Origin: an uncultured Actinomycetes bacterium
Lineage (GTDB): Bacteria > Actinomycetota > UBA4738 > HRBIN12
DNA length: 64,000 nucleotides
NCBI GenBank assembly: GCA_963695975.1
Contig: CAVOIB010000001.1
Coordinates: forward strand, 65,149-129,148
Direction of reading: 5' to 3'
Shown here: one piece after another, positions 26,490 through 36,889 of the stretch
Numbering within the stretch: the first letter of the stretch is position 1
Layout of the letters: each line of letters starts with the position of its first letter
Notes under the pieces: generated by a model
Database searches by the model: none
What the model was told of the DNA's origin: nothing
The model's input: only the letters and a program-made list of their open reading frames with translations
Made by a program: the position numbers and the translations under genes

Positions 26490-29400
26490 GTGCCAGAAGC
26501 CCAGCTCGACCGCGCCGCCGCGCTGCGCCCCTACCTCCCGCGGATGCTGATCGACTGGCTAGCCGAGGCCCCCGGGACGATGCTCCGCGAGGTCGACGGG
26601 ACGATCGTGTTCGTCGACATCTCGGGGTTCACGAAGATGTCCGAGCGTCTGGCGCGAAACGGCAAGGTGGGCGCCGAGGAGGTCACCGAGGTGATCGGCT
26701 CGGTGTTCGCGCGGCTGCTCTCCGTCGCCTACGGCGAGGGCGGCGGTCTGATCAAGTTCGGAGGCGACGCGCTGCTGCTGCTGTTCACCGGCCACGATCA
26801 TCCCGTCAAGGGCGCTCGCGCGGCCGTCGGGATGCGGAAGGCTCTCAGGGATATCGGCGCCATCGAGACGACCGCCGGCAAGGTCACGCTGCGGATGTCG
26901 GTGGGGTTGCACAGCGGCACGTTCCACTTCTTCCTGGTCGGTGAGACGCATCGCGAGCTGATCATCACCGGTCCGGCCACGACCGAGACGGCGTCGATGG
27001 AAGGAACGGCCGTCGCCGGAGAGATCCTCGCGAGCCGGGCCACCGCCGAGCGGCTGCCCGCAGCCGTGCTCGGCAAGCCGAAGGACGACGGCGTCCTGCT
27101 GCGGAGCACCCCGACCGGGCTATCGCAGCAATGGCCATCGCCGGAGCACTCGCTCGAGGGCGTCGATCTGCTCTCGTGCATCCCGGTCGCCCTGCGCGAA
27201 CACCTGCTGTCGGGCGCGACCGATCCGGAGCATCGACAGGTGACGGTCGCGTTCATCCACTACGACGGCACCGACGAGCTGATCCGAGAGGCCGGCGCCG
27301 AGGCCGTCGCCTACGGGCTGGACGAGCTCGTGAGGGACGTCCAGGCAGCGTGCGAGAAGCACGGCGTGACGTTCCTCGGCACCGACGCCGACAAGGACGG
27401 AGGCAAGATCATCCTCGTGGCGGGCGCTCCCTCCGCGGTGGGCGAAGACGAGGAGCGGATGCTCCTCGCGGTGCGGGCGATCATCGATGCTGAGACCACG
27501 ATCCCGGTCCGGATCGGCGTGAACAAGGGTCCGGTGTTCTCCGGCGAGATCGGTCCACCCTACCGCCGCACGTACACGGTGATGGGCGATGCCGTGAACC
27601 TCGCCGCCCGTGTGATGTCGAAGGCCGAGCCGGGTCAGGTGCTCGCGACCGGAGGGGTCTTGGAAGCGTCGTCGCTCGGCTTCAACGAGATCGCGCTCGA
27701 GCCGTTCATGGTGAAGGGGAAGAGGGAACCGGTTCATGCGTTCGTCGTAGGGGCTCCGGTCGGGGCCAAGTCGAGCGCTGAGGATCTGGACGACCTGCCC
27801 CTCGTCGGACGCGAGCAGGAGACGGCCCTCTTCCGTACAGCCCTGGACGGCCTCTCGCGCGAGCGCGGCTCCTTGATCGAGATCGTCGGGCCGCCCGGGA
27901 TCGGCAAGACGCGTCTCGTCAATGAGTTGCGTCGCATGGGAGCCGATCTGCCGCAGCTGATGGGAACGTGCGAGCGCTACGAGGCATCGACCCCGTACCT
28001 GCCGTTCCGACGACTGTTCCGACTCTTGCTGGGGGCACCTCCGGGACACGAGGAGGCGATCCTCACCGAACGCCTCCAGGAGCGCGTCGAGGAGCAAGCA
28101 CCGGCTCTGCTGCCGTGGCTCCCGCTGCTGGGTGTGGTGGCCGACGTCGAGGTGCCGCCAACCATGGAGGTCGAGGAGCTCGGTGAGGAGTTCCGCAAGG
28201 CGAAACTCGAAGAGGTCACCGTGGAGTTCCTGGCCAGAGTGATCTCCGAGCCGACCCTGGTGGTGATCGAGGACGTCCACTGGATGGACGAGGCATCCGC
28301 CGACCTGCTTCGGCACCTCTCTGAACACATCACGAAACGGCCCTGGCTCGTCTGTGTGACGCGTCGCGACGAGGAGACCGGTTTCTCGGCTCCCGCGAGC
28401 GAGCGGTGCACGTCGCTGCATCCTGGCGCGCTCGACGAACGGAGTGCACACGAATTGCTCACCGCCGCGACCGAGGACTCGCCGCTTCGCCCGCACGACG
28501 TGGATGCGTTGGCCGATCGATCCGGCGGGAACCCACTGTTCCTCCTGGAGTTGCTTCGAGCCGCACAGCAGGCCGGATCGGTCGAAGACCTCCCGGGATC
28601 GGTCGAGGCGATGGTCGTTGCCCAGATCGACCGGCTGTCTCCGCACGATCGGCGGCTGCTTCGATACGCGTCCGTGCTCGGGGCGAGCTTCACTGACGAT
28701 CTCGTCGAAGCGCTCCTCTCCGGTGAGGAGCTGTCGTTCGATCCCTCGTCGTGGTCCAGAGTGACGGAGTTCGTGGTTGAGTTGGGGCCGGGAGTCAGGC
28801 GATTCCGCCACGCCTTGATGCGGGACGCGGCCTACGAGGGACTGCCGTACCGGCGTCGTCGACAGCTGCACGCGAGGGCGGGCGAAGCCATACTGGCGTC
28901 GGCGGAAGGCTCCCCGGCGGAGTTCGCCGAGCTCCTCTCCCTCCACTTCTTCTTCGCGGGGAGCTACGAGCGCGCTCTCGAGTACTCACAGCTCGCCGCT
29001 GAGCGAGCGGTCTCCAAGTTCGCGAACGTCGAGGCCGTCGGTTTCTTCGAGCGCGCCATCGATGCAGCCCGGAAGGTGGGGCAGTCGCTCAGCGATCTCG
29101 CCACGCTGTTCGAGGCCCTCGGGGACGCGAGGCGAGTGATGGGCTTGTCCCGAGAGGCGGGGGATTCCTACGCTCAGGCGTGCCGGGCCGTGGAGGGCGA
29201 CCGCGTTCGTCAGGCGGGGCTCTACCTCAAGCGGGCTCAGATCACCCCCCGCTTCGCGAGCTTCACGCAAGCCATCCGATTGGTACGGCGCGGATTCCGC
29301 GTCCTTGAGGGGGCCGAAGGGCGCGAAGCGAAGGAGGCTTGGGCTCGATTGGCGGTCTACTACAGCGGCGTCCGCACGAAGCAGGGGCGTTATCCGGAGG

Positions 29401-30338
29401 CTGAGTCATGGTGTCTCAAGGTCATCGCGACCGAGGGACTGAAAGACAGGAGCATCATCGCCCGCGCGTACTACACGGTCGACCTCGCGTACATGGCCTC
29501 GGGCCGTGTAGATCTGGCCGTCTACTCGACCAAGGCCCTCGCGATCTATGAGGAGCTAGGCAATCTTCCGCTCCAAGCTGAGGTGCTGAACAACATGGGT
29601 GTGTACGCCTTCTCGACAGGACGATGGGATCGCGCGATCGAGCTGTATGAGCGGGCGAGGTCGATCAACAAGCGATTGGGCGACTTGGATGAAGCGGCTA
29701 TCTGCTCCAGCAATCTCGGTGAGGTTCTTTGCGAACAAGGCCGCCTGGACGAGGCAGCCGACGCGCTGAAGATCCCGCTACGCATGTTCCAGGCGTCCGA
29801 CAACCAGTGGGATATGGCCTTCGTCAAGGAGTTCCTCGGTCGCGTCGCCGCTCGTAAGGGCCGGTTCGAGGATGCCGAAAGGTTCCTCTCTGATGCGCTC
29901 GCGGCCTTCGAAGAGGTCGGTGACAAGGACCAGGTCATCGAGACCGAGGCGCGGATCGCCGAGATGTTGCTCTTTCGCGGCGACTGGGCGGACGCGCTTC
30001 GGCGGGCACAGGACACCATCAAGAAGGCGGAGGCGCTCGAGTCCGTTTCCCTTTCCACCCCTCTCCTGTTCCGGATCGTGGGCCTGGTCGCGACCTGCGA
30101 GGGTCGTTTCGACGCCGCCGAAGAGGCTCTCGAAGCGAGCCTCGATAAAGCTCGAGCCAGGAAGGCGGACTACGAGGCGGCGCTGACGATGCAGGCTCGG
30201 TGGCGCTTGCAGGCGCGACGAGGGGACGATCCAGATCCCGCCCTGCGCGCAGAGAGTGGGGAGATCCTCGAACGCCTGAGCGTCATCTCGGTGCCGACGA
30301 TCCTTCTGTCCCGATCCTCGGCGTCAGTCGCGGAGTGA
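26490..30338 (+). CDS. multidomain signalling protein: two tandem class III cyclase (CHD) domains, P-loop AAA/STAND-like ATPase, TPR repeats (1282 aa)
   Basis: VFVDISGFTKMSE…GDALLLLF and VAFIHYDGTDEL…GDAVNLAARV; GPPGIGKTRL Walker A; long TPR-like C-terminus. Paralogue of 15469..18948 and 54207..57401. Confidence 0.85.
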   Translation: MPEAQLDRAAALRPYLPRMLIDWLAEAPGTMLREVDGTIVFVDISGFTKMSERLARNGKVGAEEVTEVIGSVFARLLSVAYGEGGGLIKFGGDALLLLFTGHDHPVKGARAAVGMRKALRDIGAIETTAGKVTLRMSVGLHSGTFHFFLVGETHRELIITGPATTETASMEGTAVAGEILASRATAERLPAAVLGKPKDDGVLLRSTPTGLSQQWPSPEHSLEGVDLLSCIPVALREHLLSGATDPEHRQVTVAFIHYDGTDELIREAGAEAVAYGLDELVRDVQAACEKHGVTFLGTDADKDGGKIILVAGAPSAVGEDEERMLLAVRAIIDAETTIPVRIGVNKGPVFSGEIGPPYRRTYTVMGDAVNLAARVMSKAEPGQVLATGGVLEASSLGFNEIALEPFMVKGKREPVHAFVVGAPVGAKSSAEDLDDLPLVGREQETALFRTALDGLSRERGSLIEIVGPPGIGKTRLVNELRRMGADLPQLMGTCERYEASTPYLPFRRLFRLLLGAPPGHEEAILTERLQERVEEQAPALLPWLPLLGVVADVEVPPTMEVEELGEEFRKAKLEEVTVEFLARVISEPTLVVIEDVHWMDEASADLLRHLSEHITKRPWLVCVTRRDEETGFSAPASERCTSLHPGALDERSAHELLTAATEDSPLRPHDVDALADRSGGNPLFLLELLRAAQQAGSVEDLPGSVEAMVVAQIDRLSPHDRRLLRYASVLGASFTDDLVEALLSGEELSFDPSSWSRVTEFVVELGPGVRRFRHALMRDAAYEGLPYRRRRQLHARAGEAILASAEGSPAEFAELLSLHFFFAGSYERALEYSQLAAERAVSKFANVEAVGFFERAIDAARKVGQSLSDLATLFEALGDARRVMGLSREAGDSYAQACRAVEGDRVRQAGLYLKRAQITPRFASFTQAIRLVRRGFRVLEGAEGREAKEAWARLAVYYSGVRTKQGRYPEAESWCLKVIATEGLKDRSIIARAYYTVDLAYMASGRVDLAVYSTKALAIYEELGNLPLQAEVLNNMGVYAFSTGRWDRAIELYERARSINKRLGDLDEAAICSSNLGEVLCEQGRLDEAADALKIPLRMFQASDNQWDMAFVKEFLGRVAARKGRFEDAERFLSDALAAFEEVGDKDQVIETEARIAEMLLFRGDWADALRRAQDTIKKAEALESVSLSTPLLFRIVGLVATCEGRFDAAEEALEASLDKARARKADYEAALTMQARWRLQARRGDDPDPALRAESGEILERLSVISVPTILLSRSSASVAE

Positions 30339-30345
30339 GCTCGTC

Positions 30346-30378
30346 GTTCCCGATCTGACGGTGTAACAGAAGAGGGGG
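30346..30378. terminator. perfect 13-bp stem / 4-nt loop hairpin (GAAGAGGGGGCGC-CGAA-GCGCCCCCTCTTC) between convergent genes
   Basis: Read in the sequence. Likely a bidirectional terminator. Confidence 0.6.
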
Positions 30379-30415
30379 CGCCGAAGCGCCCCCTCTTCGC
30401 GTGATCCTTCTTAGC

Positions 30416-32099
30416 TCACGGTCCCCGACCCATCCCAGCCTTCCCATCGCCGGGAACCCAGAGGGAGAACTTCAGCCCGGTGATGATCGGCGAGCCGGGG
30501 TATTGCCATGTGATCTCGACCTTGGAGATCGCGGGCGCGACCGGGCAATTGCCGCTCGAGCTCAAGCACCAAGGCGCGACGTTGTACGGACTCCCCGACT
30601 TCGAGTAGCCGAGGATCATCGACGATCCGATGATCTTCGGCGCGTCGCAGCCTGGAGTGGTATTGGGATTGCAGGCCACCGGACGTGGGCCTCCGAGGGT
30701 AAAGCCGGGGATCTGATAGGTCGCGTAGTAGACGGAGGCGCATTTCAGTCCGCCGCCCGTCTTGCAGAGTGGCAGCGGCGGCAACAAGCAACTCACCGGC
30801 TTGCCAGTCTTGTCCAGCAAGGCCGCGAAGCACGGCAACCCGTTGGTGTCGATCGAGTCCGCCCGGTTGAAGGTGTAGGTCTCTAGATGCATGCGGGTCA
30901 TGTCGCCGGTGGGGTAGATCGATTCGACATACTTGTTCGCCAGGCACGTCGTCGTCGGAGCCGCCGGCTTGAGGCACTGGAAATCCGTGCCGGAGGCCTT
31001 GACCGTGAGTCCTGCGATCTTCCCCGCGTTGTTCGGATCGGCAAGCAGATTGATCGTGCTCGCGATCGAGTTCAGCTGCTGCCCGTTGGTGAGTGTGGTC
31101 GCAGCGCCGGTGAGGACCTGTGTGTAGCTAGCTGCGCTCGGCGTAGCGCACTTCTCGTTCGACGGGAGGCTGTCACCGACGATATTAGTCGCCTTGACGG
31201 TAAGGCAGTACTCGGTGCCGTTCGTGAGCCCCGAGACCGTCCCGCTGAAGGTCGTGGGTCCAAGCGTCGGGGGGTAGTGCTGACCGACAAGGCCCTGGGC
31301 CTACGGGATTCGGGCACGGCCGAGAGAAGACCTTGTAGCCGGTAACGGCCGATCCACCGTCGCTGGCGCCAGCTGAGAAGTTGAAGCTGGCCTGAGCGTT
31401 TCCGGGAAGCACCTGGTTCATCACGGGAGCATCCGGCACCGTTATCGGCGTGTACGTGATGGTCACCTGGAAGTCGAGCCCTGTCGGGCCGCTAACATTG
31501 GTCACCCGGAATACCAACTCCTGGCTGGCTCCAGAGTTAAGGAACGACGATGGGGGTTGATACTCCGTTGCGGTACCACCGTAGTTCGCTTCGTTGTCAC
31601 CACCTGGCTGACTTCCGACCTCGTTGGCGTTCAACTTCACTTCGGCGGCGTTGTCCGCGAACAGCTTCACGTCGATCGATTCGTTCATGTGCGCCGGCGA
31701 AAGGGAGAACGGGACCGTATATTCAGTGACGGCTCCATCCCCGCCCCCGATCGGGGAGTCGTGATAACACTGCAAGGGCATGTCCCCGGCGCCGTCCCAA
31801 GGCGTCACCCAGTCCGTACCATCGATGGTGTTGTATTGGCCCACGGTTGCAGTCGTGGCCCCACCGCCGCCACAAGGCAACACGGTCGCCGTCCCGCCAT
31901 TCTCGTCCCCGCCCACTACCACTTGGTATTCGGGAAGCACGCTGCCGCTGTTCAGCGTTATCGTCGTCGGGGAGGGGGCCGCGTGGGCCACGGACCCACC
32001 TATTGGGGAGGCGATGAAGCCGACGATCAGGGCGAAGCTGACTCCAAACGTGGTCCACAGTCGGTGGGCGCGCGGGGACTGGCGACGTCGTAGGGCCAT
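30416..32099 (-). CDS. secreted multidomain protein (signal peptide, beta-rich N-domain, FN3 domain, Cys-rich C-terminal domain) interrupted by a +1 frameshift around 31253-31300
   Basis: Signal peptide MALRRRQSPRAHRLWTTFGVSFALIVGFIASPIGGSVAHA. FN3 start (SAVTGYKV) is in one frame and FN3 end (TFSGTVSGLTNGTEYCLTVKATN) in the +1 frame. That +1 frame stays open and coherent down to 30416. GC about 58%. Confidence 0.55.
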
Positions 32100-32204
32100 C
32101 GAGCGATCTCCTATCTATCGGGGGATGCCGTCAAGGGGGGAGCATCCCTCTCTTTCGACCGAACTGTCAACGCAAGAGGACCAGTCCCAGGTAAGCCTTT
32201 CGGC

Positions 32205-33551
32205 TTAATGTTCCTGGACGGCTACAGGATGGGGAGGTAGCGCTCCCGCTCGTACGGTGACACGTAGGCCTTGTACCCGTCCCACTCCTGGCGCTTGTTG
32301 CGGATCAGGTACTCGTGGACGTGATCCCCGAGCGCCGTAGCGGAGCACCTCCGAGTCGGCGGCCAGGCGGATCGCCTCGTGCAGATCCTCAGGGAGCGAC
32401 GCGATCCCCGCGACCCCCCGCTCCCCTTCGCTCATCTCGTAGATGTTGTTCGAGGCCTCGGGCGGGAGCTCGTACTCGCCCTCGATCCCGGCGAGGCCCG
32501 CCGCGAGCATCGCCGAGAACGCGAGGTAGGGGTTACACGCGGGGTCCGGTGAGCGGTACTCGATCCGCGTCGCTCCCTCCTTCCCCGGCTTGTACATCGG
32601 GACCCGAACGAGCGCGCTGCGGTTCCGCCGGGCCCAGCACACGTACACGGGCGCTTCGAACCCCGGGACCAACCGCTTGTACGAGTTCACCCACTGGTTC
32701 GTGACGAGCGTGATCTCGGGCGCGTGTCGAAGTAGCCCGGCGATGTAGCCCTTCGCGGTCTTCGATAGGTGGTACTCGTCGGTCGCGTCGAAGAACGCGT
32801 TGCGGTCGCCCTCGAACAGCGACTGGTGCGTGTGCATCCCGCTGCCGTTGATGCCGGCGATCGGCTTGGGCATGAACGTCGCGTAGATCCCGTACTCCTG
32901 CGCGACCTCCTTCACCGTGAGGCGGTACGCCATCACGTTGTCCGCCATGGTGAGCGCGTCGCTGTAGCGCAGGTCGATCTCGTGCTGCGACGGTGCCACC
33001 TCGTGGTGCACGTACTCCACGGGGATGCCCATCGACTCCAGATAGAGGACCGTGCGCTTGCGGTAGTCGGTCGCGACGTCGAGCGGGGTCTCGTCGAAGT
33101 ACCCGCCCTGATCGAGCGGCGTCGGGTCGTCCACGCTCTTGAAGTAGAAGAACTCGAGCTCCGGCCCAACGTAGAACGTGAACCCCAGGTCGGCCGCGCG
33201 CTGCAGCTGCCGCTTCAACACGCCGCGCGGATCGCCGTCGAACGGCGTGCCGTCGGGGTCGTAGACGTCGCAGAACATGCGCGCGACGGCCTGCTCGGTC
33301 TTCCAGGGGATCAGCTGGAACGTGGAGGGGTCGGGGATCGCGATCATGTCCGACTCCTGGATGCGGCTGAACCCCTCGATCGACGAGCCGTCGAACCCCA
33401 TCCCCTCGGCGAACGCGCCCTCCAATTCTTGCGACGTGATCGTGAACGACTTCAGGAACCCCAGCACGTCGGTGAACCACAGACGGACGAAGCGGATCCC
33501 TCGCTCCTCGATGGTGCGCAGGACGTACTCGGCTTCGGCGCTCGGCGACAT
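32205..33551 (-). CDS. glnA: glutamine synthetase type I (GSI-alpha / glnA2-like) with a single-base frameshift near 32326-32340; corrected stop about 32222
   Basis: Full GS motifs. After …DSEVLRY the listed frame degenerates, while the +1 frame gives the canonical C-terminus LGDHVHEYLIRNKRQEWDGYKAYVSPYERERYLPIL. Confidence 0.85.
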   Translation of the reverse strand: MSPSAEAEYVLRTIEERGIRFVRLWFTDVLGFLKSFTITSQELEGAFAEGMGFDGSSIEGFSRIQESDMIAIPDPSTFQLIPWKTEQAVARMFCDVYDPDGTPFDGDPRGVLKRQLQRAADLGFTFYVGPELEFFYFKSVDDPTPLDQGGYFDETPLDVATDYRKRTVLYLESMGIPVEYVHHEVAPSQHEIDLRYSDALTMADNVMAYRLTVKEVAQEYGIYATFMPKPIAGINGSGMHTHQSLFEGDRNAFFDATDEYHLSKTAKGYIAGLLRHAPEITLVTNQWVNSYKRLVPGFEAPVYVCWARRNRSALVRVPMYKPGKEGATRIEYRSPDPACNPYLAFSAMLAAGLAGIEGEYELPPEASNNIYEMSEGERGVAGIASLPEDLHEAIRLAADSEVLRYGARGSRPRVPDPQQAPGVGRVQGLRVTVRAGALPPHPVAVQEH

Positions 33552-33672
33552 GCATCGAGGGTAGCGAGGACCCGCCGACCCACGGTTACGCGGGCGTTAA
33601 CTCCCCGCACGTCTCACGTTCACGCTGGGGGTCTAGCGTGGCTCCGTCCGATCAGGAGGGGAGGTGAACGAC

Positions 33673-33771
33673 ATGGAGCGCCTGCTCGAATGGGACAACG
33701 TGGCCCAGCCCATCGTGGTCGGCCCGGACGACGAGGACGAGGACGACGACGACCTCGATCTTCTCCTCTGA
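33673..33771 (+). CDS. candidate 32-aa acidic micro-ORF (MERLLEWDNVAQPIVVGPDDEDEDDDDLDLLL) with a strong SD (AGGAGGGGAGG), upstream of RidA-glnE
   Basis: Read by hand; not in the ORF track. SD spacing matches other genes here. Coordinates +/-1. Confidence 0.3.
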   Translation: MERLLEWDNVAQPIVVGPDDEDEDDDDLDLLL

Positions 33772-33813
33772 CGGTGGCTGCGCGGCAGGACCGACACGCG
33801 GTACGGTTCCGCC

Positions 33814-36800
33814 GTGGACAGGCGAAACATCAGCAGCGGGTCGCCCTACGAGCCCGTCATCGGGTTCTCGCGGGCGCTCGTGGTCGGTGATCGGGTGTTC
33901 GTCTCGGGGACCGCGCCCGTCATGCCCGACGGCGGCGACCCGCCCGTCGACGCGTACGGCCAGGCCGCGCGCTGCTGGGAGATCGTGATCGCCGCATTGC
34001 GCGAGGCCGGTGCCGGACCGGAGCACGTCGTGCGGACGCGCATGTACCTGAGCGACCCCGGCGATTGGGAGGAGGTCGGCCGCGCCCACGGTGAGGTCTT
34101 CGCCGAGGTGCGGCCGGCCAGCACGATGGTGGTGGTGGGCGCGCTCCTCGATCCGCGATGGCGGGTCGAGGTCGAGGCCGACGCGGTGCTCGGACTGAGC
34201 CGAAGGACCGCCGGAGCCGCTACGGTTCGGGTCGTGGCTACGTCGGGCTCCGAGACCCTGGATCGAGCGTTGCGAGACGCGCCCGACCCCGAGCTCGCCC
34301 GGACCGCGCTCTCGCGTGTCGGAGCGGACCCCGCTGCTCGTGAGCAGCTGGAACGACCAGACGTGCTTCCGGTCGCCGCGCGGATCCTGGGGTTCTCCAC
34401 GGCCGCCGCAGACCTGTTGGTTCGCCATCCGGAGGAGACGTCCACGCTCGCCGACGTCGAGGCGCGAACCAGCCAGCAGCTCGACGCCGAGCTCCGAGGC
34501 GACGTCGAGCGCGTCGGCCCCGAGGACGGGCTCCGGCTCTTCCGGCGTCGCGCGATGCTTCGTGTTGCCGCGCGCGATCTGGGCGGGGCGACGCTCGAGG
34601 ACGTCGTCGCCGAGATCTCGTCGGTCGCGGAGGCGTGCCTCTCCGAGGCCTGCCGGCTGGCGGCCGGTGAGCACCGGCTGGCCGTGATCGGCCTGGGCAA
34701 GCTCGGCGGCGCCGAGCTGAACTACGCGAGCGACGTCGACCTGCTGTTCGTGCATGCGGACGGCGGTTCCGACTCGCAGGATGCCGCCGAGCGCGCCGCG
34801 GCTACGTTGATCGCGCTCCTCGCCGAACCCACCGCCGAGGGGATCGCGCTCCGCGTGGACCCGGCCCTTCGTCCCGGCGGACGCGGGGGTGTCCTGTCAC
34901 GAAGCCTCGAGTCGACGCTCGAGTACTACGAGCGCCGGTCCGCCACGTGGGAGCGGCAGGCGATGATCAAGGCGCGACCGGTGGCGGGCGATCCGTGGAT
35001 CGGCTCGGCGTTCGTCACCGGCGTGACGCCGTTCGTCTATCCGGACGAGCTCGAACCGCGTGCGATCGACGACGTGCGCCGGACCAAGGTCCGTCTGGAG
35101 GAGTACATCCGGCGTCGCGGCAAGGAGCTGACCGAGGTCAAGCGCGGTCGTGGCGGGATCCGCGACGTGGAGTTCGCGGTGCAGCTGTTGCAGATCGTGC
35201 ACGGGCGGCGCGACCCGCTCCTGCGAGAGCCGAACACGCTCCGCGCGCTCGCGACGCTCGCGGAGGAGGGATACGTCGCACAGGCCGACGCCGATGCGCT
35301 CGCGGACGCGTACCGGTTCCTGCGGCGGCTGGAGCACCGGCTGCAGATCGTGCGCGACCTGCAGACGCACGACCTGCCCGCCGACGCGCACGCACGGCTC
35401 ACGCTCGCGCGCTCCCTCGGCTTGGCGGATGCGGACGCGTTGCGCGTCCGAGTACGAGCGGGAGACGGGACGGGTCCGCGGGATCCACGAGCGGCTGTTC
35501 TACCGCCCGCTGCTCGAGGCGTTCGCGGGACGGCCTGCGCCGAGCCCGGGCGTCGATCGCCCGGCGACCGAGGAGCTGCTCGCGGGCCTGGGGTTCGAGG
35601 CGCCGTCGCAGTCGTTCGAGGTCCTGCGCCGCCTGGTGGACCCGGTCACCCGCCTGGGGAAGGTGCTCGCGCACGTGTTCCCGGTGATGGCGCCGGCGTT
35701 GGCGCTGGCCTCGAACCCCGACCAGGCGCTGGTGCGGCTGGAGCGCGTCGCCGAGGCGGTGGGGGACCGGCACGGTCCCGCCGACACGCTCGCGGCGGAT
35801 CCGAGCGCGGCGCAGCGGCTGGCTCATGTCGTCGCCGCGAGCTCGTTCGCGACCGACCTGGTGGTCGGGGACCCGGATCGGATCGCGGCGCTCTCGGACC
35901 GGGGGCGCGCGATCGACACGCAGGCCGCGCTCGTCGCCGCGGTCGGCCGGTACGCGTCCCGCGAGCTCCAGCCGCGCGAGACGGGTTCGGCGATCGCCGA
36001 CGTCGCCGACCGGGCGGTGCACGAGGCGGTCGAGGCGGCCGAGCCGGACCTGCCGTTCGCGGTGATCGGGATGGGCAAGCTGGGCGCGCGTGAGCTGAAC
36101 TTCGCGTCGGATCTTGATCTGCTGTTCGTCTACGAGGGCGAGGGGGCCGACGACATGCGCCGGGCCGGCGACGCGGCCGAGCGCGTGATGCGCGCGATCC
36201 GCGACGCCGGCTGGGAGCCCGACGCCGACCTGCGGCCCGAGGGACGCAGCGGCCCGCTCGCGCGCTCGCTGGCCGGGTACCTCGAGTACTGGGAGCGCTA
36301 CGCCGAGCTGTGGGAGTTCCAGGCGCTGCTCCGCGCGCGCCACGTCGCGGGCGACGAACAGCTCGGCCGGCGGTTCGTGCTGAACGCCGCGGACTTCGCG
36401 TATCCGCCCGAAGGGATCACGGTCGACCGCGTCGGCGAGATCCGCCGGATGCGCGAGCGCATCGAGCGCGAACGGGTCAAGCCGCCCGAGGCGGCGAAGT
36501 TCCATTTCAAGCTGGGCTACGGGTCGCTCGCCGACGTGCAGTTCGCGGTGGAGGTGTCGCTCATGCGGTTCGGTGGCGCGGATCCGGGTCTGCGCACGAA
36601 CCGTACGCTCGAGGCGATCGAGCGGCTGGCGGAACGTCATCTGGTGGAGCAGAGCGTCGCGCGCGACCTGGGCGAGGCGTTCGTGTTCCTCTCGGACGTG
36701 AAGAACGCGCTCGAGGTCGATCGCCGGTTGCACGCCGAGGCGGTGCCGGCGTCCCCTCAGGAGCAGACGGTGCTCGCCCGGCGTCTGGGCTACGAGGAGT

Positions 36801-36889
36801 ACCCTCGGCAGCGGTTCATCGACGACTACCTGCGCGTGACACGCCGCGCCCGGAGGGCGATGGAGCGCGTCTTCCACGAGGAGGCCTGA
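33814..36889 (+). CDS. glnE: RidA/YjgF-like domain (first ~128 aa) with no stop before a GlnE-like glutamine-synthetase adenylyltransferase; the GlnE part carries a frameshift near 35441-35452
   Basis: The N-terminus (…YSRALVVGDRVFVSG…VEVEADAVL) reads like a RidA-type protein (this assignment is from memory of the family, not a search) and runs with no stop into the GlnE N-terminus. Two nucleotidyltransferase domains follow. After …LGLADADALR the frame continues in +1 (…EYERETGRVRGIHERLFYRPLLEAF…) to the stop at 36889. Confidence 0.75.
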
